Shown here in pieces: positions 13,736 to 27,995 of a stretch of 64,000 nt of DNA. The notes beneath the pieces are model-generated. The model made no database searches and was not told where the DNA came from. It saw only the letters and a list, made by a program, of their open reading frames with translations. Origin of the DNA: Tubulanus polymorphus (taxonomy: Eukaryota > Animalia > Nemertea); the NCBI RefSeq assembly GCF_964204645.1, contig NC_134026.1, positions 15,534,150 through 15,598,149 of the forward strand. Direction: 5' to 3'. Each line of letters starts with the position of its first letter. The first letter of the stretch is position 1. The translations under genes were made by a program, and so were the position numbers.

Positions 13736-14072
13736 GGATAGGGTTTGGGTCCAGGGTTTAGGGTCTAGAGGGTCCAGAGGGTTATGGTTAGGGTCAAGAG
13801 GGTCCAGAGGGTTAGGGTAAGGGTGAGGTTTAGGATTAGAATTAAGGGTTAGGGGACCAAACCGAAGGTTTGGAGACTCCACTAGTTATCGACGGGCAGC
13901 GGGTTATCCCTGTAAAGAAAAGTATGAATTAATTGTTGTAGTGAGGCGTGTCGAGGTTGATGCCTCGGGGCGTGTTCGTGTCGTACCTGTTCGTGTTCGT
14001 GTTCGTTCGTGCCGTACCTCTATCTGTGATCCTAACCCTCTGGACCCTCTAGACCCTAAACCCTGGACCCTA
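13736..14072. repeat. Degenerate TTAGGG-like tract with a short inverted copy
   Basis: AGGGTTTAGGGTCTAGAGGGTCCAGAGGGTTAGGG-type sequence at 13740-13855; reverse complement CCTAACCCTCTGGACCCTCTAGACCCTAAACCCTGGACCC at ~14030-14070. Confidence 0.65.
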
Positions 14073-15506
14073 AAAGATCCAACGTTTATCTAACTATATT
14101 ACTTAACAGCTTTAAATATACATTATAGATTGTACAAGAGTACACAAAAGAAATCAGTTCTACATTTTATCAGAATCAAGCTTTAAAGCCACAGATTCGC
14201 ATCGCTTGGGTTTGAATTCTGGTCCCATTGCTTCGTATTTTATTGAAATCCCCTTGGTTACCTCGGAATATCGCTAGCTTTTAAAGATTGGTCCCAGGAA
14301 AACCAAGTAAAGCTACATCTGTACATCCGCTGTTGACTTATTTTTCTCTGGTTGAATCAAGTTATTACTGAAATAGCGTTCGAATAGCCATTTTATTTTT
14401 ATCTTTTAAAATTGTGTCGTTTAGTTATCCTGCTGCAAATATCACAGTTGAAGTTCACTGCCCTTACGAAAATGGTACACGTGTAATTGTAAATGAAAAT
14501 ACACGTGTATTTCAAGTACACGTGTAAAATTTGCCCAATTTTACACGTGTACTTTATCCCAATTACACGTGTACTTCATCCAAATTACACGTGTACTTCA
14601 TCCAAATTACACGTGTATTACACGTGTACTTCATCCAAATTACACGTGTACTTCATCCAAATTACACGTGTACTTCATCCAAATTACACGTGTATTACAC
14701 GTGTACTTCATCCAAATTACACGTGTACTTCATCCTAATTACACGTGTACTTCATCCAAATTACACGTGTATTACACGTGTACTTCATCCTTATTACACG
14801 TGTTTTTCATCTTGTATTACACGTGTACTTTTCACGTGTATTTCATCCAATATTACATGTGTCTTACACGCTAAATACATGTGTCTTCAATTGCCATTTT
14901 TTGTTGAATTCAAATCAAACCACCATGTGAGGAAATCTCCTTAATCCATGTGCTGTTTAGAATGAACATACTCAAGAGATTCACATTTTCCATACTAACT
15001 GATTTATTCATCTTCATAAATTTTATAAATCTTTGAGTTATGGCATGTCTTATGTTGGCCTCTTTCGCACCCTTCTCATTTCGACATTGTTCTGAAATGA
15101 TAACCATTTGAAAAAATTAAGCAAAAGTATACAATGATTTCTCTACCCGGATAAATAATTCAACTTCAGCTGCTTGGGATGATGATTGAATTCTGTAGCT
15201 TTTTCTAAGATTCTTCTGCATATAACAGTTAACAGTTTTTGCACTCTTCAATGACTTGGTTTTAAGCCATATGGTGAAATGCTTGACAATCTGGAAATTT
15301 CAATTTTCAACGCCACCTGATGAAAAACAAGGGGTCTAGGGACACCATGCCCATATGGTTTCGAATGCTAACCAATCAACATAATAAAATAGAAACAGGA
15401 CATTGAAACTCACCACTATCATAAAACATGTCACAAGCTACAATTTTATAATTGATCGATGTTATTAAGTATTCATAGGTACCAAAATAAATTAGACAAA
15501 TTGTAT

Positions 15507-15670
15507 GGGATCATTCATTTATTACGTACGCATAAAATTTGAATTTTTCAAACCCCCTCCCCCTTTGTACGCAAAATCGGCCATTTTTTCATATACATTC
15601 AGCAATACAGTACGCAATTGCACTGACCCCTCCCCTTCCCCTAATGCGTACGTAATAAATGAATGACCCC
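15507..15670. mobile_element. 164-bp MITE
   Basis: 27-bp TIRs GGGaTCATTCATTTATTACGTACGCAT / ATGCGTACGTAATAAATGAATGACCCC, flanked by TAT on both sides (3-bp TSD). Confidence 0.8.
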
Positions 15671-17016
15671 TATATAATTCAATATTCAACTCCCCCTGGT
15701 GGTGAGAACAAAAACCTGGGTAACCCCAATTCCACATGAGATGAATACTACAACAGTGGTAACAATTATCAAATATCAAGACTATAAGTCAAAACCTGTT
15801 GATATTTTCCTTCAAAAACCTTTTTCTATCTATGAATAAGAACTGATGACACTAAGATGGCTGCCAAATGTGTCACGCTTGACTGATCGAAAAATCTGTC
15901 TCGTATGTTTTAGATTGTTAAGAATGTACACCCATTACAAATTTCAAAGAAAAATTGCAAACCATTAGGCAGCTACAAGACAAAAATGACCTTTTTGGGT
16001 ACAAAAAAGGTCACATGATGGCCATCTTGTGTCAAGATTGAAGCATCTTCAAAATTTCCCTTGAAAACTTCAAAAAATTGCATAAGTTATGATTTTGGGG
16101 AATGAAAATGGCCAATGCAGTTGGCCATCTTGATTCGGACCAGTTTTGGGCTGGAGACATGGCTAGGATAGATATATGTATAACTTAAATATCAAGAGTA
16201 TTAAAACTTCCCAAAATACTGGATTCCAACAACAGACGAACGAAGGGTGAATGCAATAGCCCGCTTGGACTAAAGTCTCAAATGGACTAAAGGTGGGGAC
16301 ACATTAGGCAATTTCGTCAAGCACTTATGTTGAACAATGAAATCGTCGGTAAAATCACCTAGTTTGTCAGGGTCTGCGCCGACTGAATCGCCCGAATCCA
16401 ACACGTCCTTCGACTGAATCACCCAACGCATCAGGACACGGTGATTGTTCGCCTCGGGCCATATTAAACGTTAAACCCTCCCCTTTTCTGACCAAGTGCC
16501 CTTTTGAATCACAGGAGAAAAATTCCACCCTATGATCAAAGTGCACAAACCCCATACAACCGTTTCACACCGGGAGACCTGTATTGACTAGGGCCCTTTT
16601 CATAAAAGCTGAACCCTCGTTCTTCCAGCTTGGATCCGCCCCTGTAAATCAACAACAAATGAACGCTAGCCATTATATATTGAATTCATGTACTTACGTA
16701 TTATTTAGCCGACCCGGTTTGGGTCCAACTTTTTTCCTCATGGAAGACTTTCATTGCGTCGCATCCAGTCCAATGCCTTGACAATTAGATCTTCTTTTAA
16801 ATGAGTGGACGACAGCATGCATGCACCCAACAGTATTAGGTTTTCCGACTAATCAGCGTATGGCAGCAGCTGTTGTATCATCCAATAGTGAGTAGGCATC
16901 CTAAAATGAGAAGAATTTACAATGCTCACGCTGTAATCTATACTAAAACCATTTCGACGCTCATATAATCTATTATGTAAATACCTGATTTTCATCACAC
17001 TGTCGTTGTTGAGAAA

Positions 17017-20000
17017 TCAGTGGAGAATTGAAGACTCTCTCGCACTAACATCGTTTTCCAACAATCCCCTGGTGGACACATTTTTAAGCCAAAAAAATGG
17101 GAATTCCAATTTTATAGTGTCGGTCATTGGATCAATTCTTATTGGTGTAGACCCCATAAAGTTTGAAAAAAAATGGTCAAGAATTGATTGCACTAATGTC
17201 GTTTTTGTCCCCAATCGAAACTCCGACAGCGACCTAATTTCATGTCCAGCATACAAATTTAATGGCGATGATGGGCACACAACAAAATCAAAATGACCCT
17301 GCGGTTTTTAGATTGGATGAATAAACACCAAAGACACTCCATTTTTATCCCTCACGATTGGAATGATCACTCACAATTTTTAGGCCTACAAGTACAATAT
17401 TTACTTAGTCATGTTAGTTTTCATTAATGATATATTTTCTTCGTAACTGAAATATTTTTCCTTAGATCAATAATATAACTAACTTACAGTTTTTAAGTAG
17501 TTGTTTTAAAATGCTTAATTACCTTGCAGTTCTAAAATGGTATAACATCTCAATATCGTGATCTGGTATGGTGGCCATATTAAAAGCTTCGATGGCCTCG
17601 ATATTATTTTCACTGTAATAAAAAGCTATAAAGTTATATCTTATTAATGCAGTTACTTTTTTCAAATTTAAGGGCTACCCTAATTTTCAAATTTTAGGAT
17701 TTTTAGATTTGTATTTTTAAATTTCTCTAATATCTACCCTTCGAAGTATTCCATTATTGCTTGTCGTATCTGATTTTCTGGGATGACTAAAGTCGATTTC
17801 CCATGAAGATAATCCTGTATATTCCTCGCTCTATAATCTCTATAGGTGATGTTTGCTTGCATCTGTTGTTGATGTTGTATTTCCTGGTTAAGAATATATG
17901 CAAATACAAACATTAGGCCTAACATGCTAAGATTAGTGTGTTGACATCTAATCCATTACTTACATTAGGTAATAGTAATTGAAGCGGTAAAGGCAGATTT
18001 TCATTTCCCATATGTCTTGCGGAATTGTATAGAAGAATTGCCTAGAGAAATATATCATCCTTTACTGTCATTTACTGTAATCATTTTTCTGGCTTGAAAA
18101 TATTTACAAACATTTATCTGAACAAATACCCTGTGTTTTTTATGAGACTTTTCTCAACTTTCATATTTGCTGTATTGATTGATTTTAGACGATGAATTGT
18201 GGATTCCATTGGAAACATGTCTACGGCGTGGGCTGTTCCAAAACTTCTGATGGTATGAATAATGTGGTGATGTAGGTGAAAATGAGCTGTTAACAGAGAA
18301 GCAGGTAGACATTTTTCCATCTCTACTAAAGTTGAACTAAGTTCTACTGCAATTGTATCCCATTCCGCATTTGTATTTGATGCATATATCTCTGAAAAGT
18401 TAAGAACAAATCTTTTTTGTACAACAGTCGATTCACTGTACTCGTTTACCAGCAATTATTATTTATACCTACTTTCAATGATTTTACAGTATTTGAAGAT
18501 GGTCGACCTCTGCGAGTTACCCAGCATCCCTCTGAGACAATAAATAAATGGACCATTTTTAGCTGCCTGTGGAAGGAAAAAGGGAAATTGATAGATTGTT
18601 GAGCATTTCAAAAACCAATTCCTAAGTCAGCATGGTGTCCCTAGACCCCTAGTTAAAATCATGATCAAGCTAATCGTAGCAGACCTGGCAGTTATCAAAT
18701 TGTAACGAATACTTCTTCAAGCAAATTTAAACAGTTAACATCATTGTATGAAGGCATCTTTTACCTCGATGTAATCATACGATTTTGTTTGACTAGTTTC
18801 ATATTGAAATATCTGAACTGCCCTGCAATTCAATTTACGTAGCTAGATTAGAAACATAGTAAATTCAATAGGCTATTGTGTAGCTATACACAATAAAATC
18901 CCTGCTCAATGCTCAATAGCGATCTCATTTTTAGCATACCTTTTAGATAAGGGATCAAAGGCATCCATGTAAAATCAACGGTTTCCTCTGAACCGCATTT
19001 TTGACAATTTTGTCTGTCTCTATTTTCATACCAATACATCGTGCATCCGTTTACACAAACTTTCTCTTTGCGAAATTTACCAAATATTTGCCTCTCTATG
19101 GTTTCAAGCTGTTTCACTGTTGTTGGCGTAATGTTTGGTTGCGGTTAGATGTGATGAATAAAATACAGTAATTTATTCATTGCAGTTTTTGACATTTTCT
19201 GTCCTTTTGCGTAAAAAGAAGATACCATTCCGACAAACTGTATTAATTTTACATCGGAACCTTCGTAAATCATTTGTTCAAATCTTTCATGCTGTCCATA
19301 ATCCCCTTCATCATTATCACCATCTTCTACATCATCCCAATCATCACCGTCGTCTCCATCTCCACCATCATCTCCACCATCATCACCGTCATCTCCATCT
19401 CCACCATCATCACCGTCATCTCCACCATCATCACCGTCGTCTCCATCTCCACCATCATCTCCACCATCACCGTCCTCACCATCTCCACCATCATCTCCAT
19501 CATCACCGTCCTCTCCATCTCCGCCATCATCTCCATCATCACCGTCATCACTGGCATGATCACCATCTCCACCATCATCATTTACATTATCGTCATTGTA
19601 TCCGTCATAATTCTTGTTGTGTTGATCTTCGTGAATCTGTTCAAAAATGATAAGCTAAATGCTTCATAAATAATCAAAAATTCATATACATGTAGTCTTT
19701 ATATAGTTTTGATATGATTAAATACTACAGCATTTGTACCCCCCCCCCCTGCCACTAATGATATGACGCAATATCAGGGTTCTTTTGATTGAATTCATAA
19801 TATATTGAGTTTTGAGGTCATTGGTTTCAGTGGTATACGGAAAAAATGTCCCCAGAAAAAATGTCCCAGTCTATCATTACTAACTTGGTAAATGTAGTTA
19901 ATTTCACATCATAATAACACCAGAAAACAAACTTGGTATTATATTTTAATTAAAATTTTAACATTTAATAACAAATAATGGCTCTACTTTGCGATTAATT

Positions 20001-20594
20001 ATTTGTATTATAAATTTAGAATCTTACATTTGACTTATTATTTGAAGTAACTGTGCATTCACTTAATAACTTTTCATAATTTTCTCCATTAATGATATGT
20101 AATTAAGTAACTGCACATTCAATTCAATAGTAAAATCTCCTTAAATTTGAAACTAGGGAGCGTTGAATATTGAATTGTTAGATTGTTGAGCATTTTTAAC
20201 CACATCCCAAGTGGGTATGATGTCTCTGGTTTCCTAGACCTAACTCAGTTTCGTTTTACGTGCATTAAAATGTTAGATAAATGAACTATGTATTTACTTG
20301 AAGGTCTGCAATATTACATGTAGTTGAATTTTCAGAACTCTCATTGTACTCGCATGTCACGTCTAACTGTAATGTGCAATACATAATTTAAGTTATATCA
20401 TATCATAACTCCTAAAGTCCAGAGAACTACAGTCAGAAATGCTAAGAAAATGTTCTCGCATCAATACATACCTTTACATTCTTGATTCGTGCTTCATGGT
20501 CATCGAACATGTACTTTCGCTTATGTCTATACCGGGTGACACGATTGACATATTTTCCTTTGCACTTCTGGCACGGGCAATAAACCGTCGACAT
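17017..20594 (-). pseudogene. Spliced CACTA/EnSpm transposase remnant
   Basis: Exon 1 at 20594-20472 MSTVYCPCQKCKGKYVNRVTRYRH ending at GTATGT; Asp/Gly-rich repeat at 19310-19600; KVCVNGCTMYW..CQKCGSEE..FTWMPLIPYLKGML (18884-19117); LVEMEKCLPASLLTAHFHLHHHIIHTIRSFG..MFPMES (18114-18455, DUF4218-like). The central catalytic region appears deleted or degraded. Confidence 0.7.
19310..19600. repeat. Imperfect (CAT/CAC/CTC) triplet repeat that reads as a Asp/Gly-rich linker on the minus strand
   Basis: CATCACCGTCATCTCCATCTCCACCATCAT units; explains the three spurious low-complexity ORFs here. Confidence 0.8.
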
Positions 20595-21120
20595 TGCTAA
20601 ATTGAAAAAGAAATTATGAATACTCTGTGTCCACTGATTTTGTTAATTTTTGGCGAACCGTAGGTTTGCCTATGCAAACGGTCTTGTGAAACAGTTTTCA
20701 TTGAAAATGAATAGAGTACCGGTGTGTCAACAAGGCATAAACATTGGCCATTGAATCAATAGTGTTGATTTTTGGTGTCATGGTTTAGCTTAATGAATTC
20801 TCGAGCCCACAAAAAATTCATTGTGATCGAGTTATTTTTAAGGGACTTATTCTTGAAAAACACGTAAAAACCCTGCTTTTTAGCACTAAGTAATGTCACG
20901 TTTTTACGTATGACAATTATATATAACGAGAGAAATCCCACAATAAGTAGTGCCAAAACGAGAAACTTGAATAGAAGAGTTATATATATTTGCGCAACGT
21001 TTCGGCTAAAGACTATTAGCCATCATCAGGCGTTCTCAGTACTCGTCTCAACAATCGCCTTTTTTTATGAACCGTGGTGCTCTACTCTATATTCAATTTT
21101 CAGGTTCGAATCCCTGCTGC

Positions 21121-21310
21121 AGAGGGAGGATGTGTTAGATGGCGAACACCGGGGGAGATGCATCTAACAGTAAAGTATACGCAGCCTCTCAGAATGGCAC
21201 TGGGGGCTGATGCATAGTTTACAAGGTTCAGTTACCTGAACTGAACGTTCGTCAGAAATAAAGAGTAAGACAAGTAAGAAACGATTGAGAGTTTCACGTG
21301 TACGTGTACA
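21121..21310 (+). mobile_element. Orphan LTR with adjacent polypurine tract (3' end of an LTR retrotransposon)
   Basis: Purine tract AGAGGGAGGA (21121-21130) immediately followed by TGTGTTAG…AATAAA…GTGTACA (TG…CA, 180 bp). Confidence 0.55.
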
Positions 21311-23899
21311 TTCAATTTAGAACTTTATTTTTGACGTGGAAATATTAAACATCAATACATATCAATACATATAAGTTATTTTATTTACACAAACTCGAGA
21401 AATCGTAGAATATGGTCAGTAGTAGACCATTTTGGTCTAAATCCGGCTTGTGATTCACTAGTTATATTGTTTGTAGATTTGGGAATAAACACAGGTCGTG
21501 GTCACGGACGGACGTATTTTCGGCACGCTCCGGTACAGCGCGATTAACGATATCGATGTGAAGCAACGAGGTTAGTTAGAAACTTTTGTAAGACGATATA
21601 GTTTGTAGAGCCTCTGTTGGTGCTGCCATCTATAATTTAGTTTCGAAATTATTGTATCCGAAATTTCGCTTATCTTAACAAAAAGATATGTATACAGTAA
21701 TAAATCAGCGTCGGGAGTTTGTCGTCGTTATTTTGTTAATCGTTTGGAGGTTATGAAATTTGCTCTTCGTATCGCGCTTTTGTTTTATCGCATCCACCAC
21801 ACCTTCGACGCCGTTTTCACTCATGTGCACTCACGCACACCGATCAGTTTGGTCTGTAAATAAATCATTTAAAGAAAACATTACTCACGTTGCTCTTCGT
21901 GTCTGTTTCTATATTTCTTTTGTCTAAGAGGAGATATTTGTAGGACTTATGGTTGAAAATCGTGATTGGAAATGGAATTTGAACATTATTATATAACTAC
22001 GTGTACTGTTGCTACCATGGTGATAAAAACCGACGATTTCAATTCTGTCGGAAGTTCGTCGGAAAATCGTCGTTAATCCTATCCGTCGGTAATTAGTCTG
22101 TAAATAACCGCTAGATAACCGACGATATTAAACTGACAATTTACCGCTTAATTTCCGTCGATTTACCGACATTTAATCTACCAAATAACCGCTCATTTAC
22201 CGCAAGGGCCAATAGTGATTCCAATAAACATATTCTTTTAGTGACCTTGTGGTGGCCTGAAGCCCAACACAATAAACCTTTACTTTACTACATGTACATA
22301 ACAATAATCATACCTGAACAATCCACAACGTCCTTTAAACGCGGGATAATAAATGGCCTTCGATTTTTTCTGTTCCACTTCCATTCGAATCCACTCTACT
22401 AATTGTAATGAATCTAATCATTCAATGATCCACTATGTGTTTCACCTCAAACAAAGAAGCAGTGTCACTTTTGGTCCAGTTGTCAATGATCCCCTATTAT
22501 ACATTGTCATACATTAATGCGTTTTGAAATCATTATGAGAATAGAATACTGAATAGATCGTGAAAGCCTGTGAAAACGGCGTGAAAACGTGTTGCTTAAC
22601 AATGGCAATATGGCTGCCACCGCGCAGGGGTGCTTGGGAGTTTAATTGAAATAGATTATTTAATTATTAATAAGTTTTACATCTGCATTTTAGTTCTTTT
22701 AGAATTTAAGAATAATCGTGATTAGTGATATTTAATTAGTAAAAATAACTTATACTAAGTTATTATGAAGCTAAGGCAAAATCAATTAAGTAAGTTGAAA
22801 ATAACGATTCAGTGAAGAAATGACGATCATTTTAATATAAGCTGTATTATAAAAATAGACAAAAAGGTGCATGAATAAGGCCTGTTACTATTTAATTCAA
22901 CATTTAGATGAGATTAGATTTGTCTAGGTTTTTTCTGTTCATTGAAAACCATTTAATCGGAGCTCGTCAGTTCGTCAGTGAGGTTTTCATTTTAGTAGTG
23001 TTCCAAAATGGAAGACAAATAACATAAAGATGCACTTTTTAGTGGAAAAATTACCCGTAAATATCGATGTATACCTACCGAATTCGTCTTTTGCAAGCAT
23101 GGAGTTTGAAAAAGAAATTGCAAGTAGCAGGCCAGTTAAAATACGCGAGTAGGCCTACATGTTAAACATTTGGAGGTAAGATCATTTTAAATCTAAGCAA
23201 ATCAAATTGACTTTATTAGTTCTTATCAATTCAATGTTAAACAAGTATATTATTGGTTTGACAATAAAGTTGACAGGACTAACAAGAGACATGGAGAATT
23301 ATGCAATTGCATAGGCCAATTGTTTAGTTTAATGTTAATGTTGTTAGTTTTTACAAGAGGGCTCAGTTCTAATTGAGGGGATGGCCTCTGTATGTCTCAG
23401 TGGACGATCGCATTGTACCACATACTTTTTATGTGTACAACATACAAAACATGGTGTATACATATATAATGGATAATGTATGATAGACAATGCTATGTAT
23501 TTCGTATATAAGCCCTTACAGACAAAAAAGCCAGGTCCGATCTGGTACGTTATGCATGAGGTTTACTGTTCATCGCAACAATAGGCTACGAAATCGCTAG
23601 CTGGAAAGCAACCTACGTATAGGCCTACTGTAGCCTTAAGTTCTATATGCTTGGGAATAATTTATTCTCAAATTACTTCTTGTTTTGTAGATGGTAATAT
23701 GTTGCTAAATGATGGACATTTCGATTTTTCAAGAAGTCGATTTTGAGAATCTGGAAGATTTAAGAATTGAAAATGGCCACAATCCACCAATAATGCAGAC
23801 AATGGTTGTGACGACGTAAGTTAGTAATACAGTGCCTTATGACTAAAGTGAATGCAATCTTAATTGCCAATCTACTCATCCGATATGAACTTGACCAAT

Positions 23900-24400
23900 C
23901 ACCACAATGTTTAATCTAGTTTGCAGCCACAGCTCATTGATGGAAATAGATGATCCTCTCCACACAAATGCTGAGGTGACCCTTCGTGGGGCTGTTACTA
24001 CTATTATGACGTTCTTCCTCGAAGCTGGATCCACATCAACTGTTTTGACTGGATTGTTGGATCGGTTGAATTTACTGTTACTGAAAAGCGGTTCTACGCA
24101 GTTCTAAATGCCTATTTTGAAAAGATTTTCTCTATGTGCGGAGGTGAACAAATATTACTGCGCTGTATATAAGACATTATTCAAAAAATTGCAGGTATGA
24201 TACAAATGTTCATTATGTGATATACAGTATGATAAGGCAACATTAGAGGAAAAAGGACATTTTTTGTGTACATGCCCATTAATGAACAACTGAAAAGACT
24301 CCTCGGCTAAGAAGAGCTAGCTAGCAAAATTAATGAATGGGCCTACAAGGAAAGCAGAACACTTGGAGCTGGTGACAGCAATATATTCAACATTTTTCAT
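23900..24400 (+). pseudogene. Second CACTA-like transposase N-terminal remnant
   Basis: Broken reading frames give YYCAVY…YKCSLCDIQYDKATLEEKGHF..YMPINEQLKRLL, a Cys cluster plus the YxPxxxQL motif typical of EnSpm transposases. Confidence 0.45.
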
Positions 24401-26734
24401 AAATAACATTGTAATTCGGGGCTTGGGCAGTCCCCTAAGCCTCTAGTTATCTTGATAATAAATGAAATATCCAAAATTTTTTGTTCAGATCATGATTTTT
24501 GTGAAACAGTTTTTGGATTTATTCAGAGGGCAACAAAGACATGTGCTTCATTCATACAGGATCCAATCTAGTCAATACAGGACAAACAACATGACTTTTT
24601 TGACACGGCATCCTGGAAAAAACTACTAAATGAGGATCAAACAATTAAAAAGACAGGAGATTCCTTCAATTCTCCGAACATTACATGCAAAATCTTACTT
24701 TTTATGAAATCATGTGAAGCCAAATGATGTAATTACAAATTTTATTGCAGTTCACAAAAGTGACCAATTATGAGAAACAAGGTACATGTATAATTTAGCC
24801 TAGTACATGCATCCAGATTGCACATGTATTTCAGAAGCCACACATGAATTTACACGTGTTTTTAAAATACACGTCCTAAGTTACACGTGTATTTCAAGAT
24901 ACACATCTTCAGTACACGTGTAATTCAAAATACATGTCCAAACTACACGTGTATTTTAGAAATACACGTGTTTTACACATGTACTTCAAAATACACGTCA
25001 AAAGTACACGTGTAATTTCATATTACACGTGTATTACACGTGTATTTAGCTAAATACACGTGTACCATTTTCATAAGGGTGGTGGCATCTGATTGCATGA
25101 AAAATAATCACTGCTATAAGAAGTCTTTTCTTGGTATCTGTATGTCCATCTAAAATCAACTTGGCCTATGATTCCTCCTTTTATAGATAGTCTAAAATAA
25201 GAATTGATACATTTTTCTAACAGATGGTATGTCATTTCTTTTAAAAAAACCTGATAATTATCTCACCACAGCAAATAAATTGTTCATAGGTTTTCATACT
25301 TCACGCATACTGTTTATGCAAGTCTCTATAACCAAAAAGAAGGTGGAGACTAAAGCAAAGGTTCAGGACTCGGCAGCGGCCCCGGCCCGGAAAAAAATTC
25401 AAAACGTGTATCGTCGGTTCCTAGCACGATTTCAGCGTTTTTCGGGAATTCCCTGAAATGTCAGCGTTTTTTTGGGAATTCTCTGAAATTTCAGCGTTTT
25501 CTTTTCAGCGTTTCAGCTTTTCAGCGAAGTTCAGGAACCGCGTAATCACACTATATATCCACATTAGATGTTTGATTTATCTAAATCCATGCGACCCAAG
25601 TCTCAAACGAACTTAAAAACCGAATTTTAAAGGAGAGCTACGAAAAATACGTCACTACTTCGCTTATGTGCACCAACCAATTTGACGCTCATATGAGCAG
25701 TTTTCCCGGGCCTATTTCACTGTCGTGTGATCGCGGCTAACGATGTCAATGCAATATTTCTCTTCTTAACAAAGTGTATCATATTTGTCAATTCCTTATG
25801 AGTTGTATATCAGATGAGGAACCATGCATTTGTGAAATCACCTCAATTGATTCTAGCTGAATTTGAAAACTACTCAAACAGATGGATTAGCTGAATTTTG
25901 CTGTAATACGTATTTTGACAATAATCACTTCAATGCTAACCTATGCTGAAGTGTACCGCAAACGATAATCCGGTTGGGGGTTATTTGTTAATTATTTATT
26001 GAATACCAAATTTGATACGTACCAACAATTACTCCAAACTGAATAACTGAATTATTGCGATTTTACCTAGCGGATATTTACTGGGTTTTTACCTGTTCCC
26101 AAGAGAATCAATACCAGTATTACGGACGTCGTAGATAAAGCCGAGACAGGACGTGAAACTATCGTTTTTTCTTTTCGTCAGATCTCTTCACCCCTAATAC
26201 CTTTCAACTTAATTTTCATTACCCATTTATTTCAATTGGGATTTCTTCAGCTTGTGTCAGTTGTATACTCATGAAAAGCGCATTGATTACAATTTACAGC
26301 AGTGTGCTACTTAATAAAAAAATAAGTAATTTTGATTATTACATGTATCAATATCAAATGTGAATTTGCAGGTGAAAAATAATTGATTTGATTTACGATA
26401 TGATTTGATCTAGATTGTTTGTTAACAGTATGCTTAAGAAGAGTAACGAAACGAAATTTAGTAACGGAATTTGCACGATGAGCATTTAAATAATTAGGAA
26501 ATGAATATCACAACCACCAACAACGATGTATGCATGATAAATACCTTTGTATAACGAATAGCGATATAGATATCTCATACGAACATTGCTATATTCTATT
26601 TCTTAATTTCAATACTAATAATAACAGCTTTCTAAAATCATTTGTCGCAGACCCTCAAATACCGCGCACCATATCACTCAAATTGCCTAAATATGTCTGG
26701 TGTCGCCGCGGCTATAGTTTACTATTTTCTGAGA

Positions 26735-26847
<113 letters not shown>

Positions 26848-27995
26848 CCATCATTCTAAAAACTCAGTTTTTTATGTGTTTTAGAGGTTTGGAGGAATGT
26901 TCCTCCCAAAGCCAATATTTCCAATATCAGGCCTAGGTCAATTTACCTTCGTTTGAAATTGGGAGGATATTATTATGAATATCTGAGGACTTAAACTAAA
27001 AATTAGTTCAATTTTTGATACATTTTTAGGAAGGTCACAAAACATTTAAGACTGCGTTATTTGAACATATCAGCGGAAACGCTGCTATATCAAATGTCTG
27101 GCGAAAATAATGCTAGCATTATTTTACAGCTAATCTACGGTTTTATTTCAAACTATATTTTAAACTATTTCAAACTACCGCGCTAATTTCAAACTCATCG
27201 CATTTGATTCAAGAACTGCACATGAACTCGCCTCGACTCGCGTTCAACGGAATTGGACTGCTTCATTTCTAAAATTTACCAAGTTAGCCGTGGCAGAGGT
27301 CGGATTTGAGCATAAAATATACCGAGTAAGGCGGTTTAACGAGTTGAGTGGTACCGAGTAGGGGATGAATTTATTACCGGTATAGGAATACATAGAGCTT
27401 AGAACATTTTTTGTGGAATCTCAGCGACGCAGCCGGTTTTCCGAGTAAATCAGTACCGAGTTAGCCGGAGTATACTGTATATCTATTTCATAGCTAATAT
27501 CTAAAAAAACATAAAATCAAAATATGTGCGTAGATTAGTAAAATGCATAAATATTCAAGCTTATATTCAGTCAATTCATAGATGAGCGGATAAGCGAAAT
27601 ATTTATTCCAAAAGCTACATGAACAGATTGCTGCCTTATAGTAAAATCATTCATGAATAATTTTTACCTCATGGCATTCGTTGAAGAAGAGTTGGTGTGC
27701 GGAAATATAACCATCGAAAAAGGGATTAATTCAGACAATGGTAAGTAAAGGAGCTACGTATAAACACTTGCTACCATTCCCGGTTTCCTATTTAAATGCA
27801 GTAATTACCCTGACCTATCGTAGGCCCATTATGGAGTATCATAGTTGGCGATCGATTCATCACTGAAAGTCAAATGAATAATGAGTTAGAATGCTGGGTT
27901 CTATCCAAGGGCTGTTATCCAGATTTTCGGTTGCCGGTTCAAAATTCATCATGTTGGTAATTTTTGAATTGGTTCTTCGGGAATTTAGGGGATTG

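Larger units (their letters stand above)
14461..25079. mobile_element. CACTA/EnSpm (CMC)-type DNA transposon relic, 10.6 kb, with nested insertions
   Basis: 25-bp TIRs CCCTTAcGAAAATGGTACACGTGTA / TACACGTGTACCATTTTCAtAAGGG (1 mismatch), 2-bp TSD TG on both sides, dense subterminal TACACGTGTA arrays at 14476-14880 and 24800-25065. Confidence 0.8.

Noticed and set aside
13736-13860. True telomere or chromosome fusion site
   Set aside because: Repeats are short and highly degenerate and have a nearby inverted copy; more like a transposon-internal repeat.
14493-14944. Repetitive ORFs and a regularly spaced repeat resembling a CRISPR array
   Set aside because: Units are near-identical 21-bp and 11-bp tandem repeats with no unique spacers; they are transposon subterminal repeats and no cas genes are present.
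19180-19669. His-rich, Ile/Thr-rich and Met/Val-rich ORFs
   Set aside because: Alternative-frame translations of a triplet repeat; the likely real frame is the Asp/Gly linker of the minus-strand transposase.
21100-21116. tRNA-like B-box GGTTCGAATCCC
   Set aside because: No upstream A-box or cloverleaf could be built; not called as tRNA or SINE.
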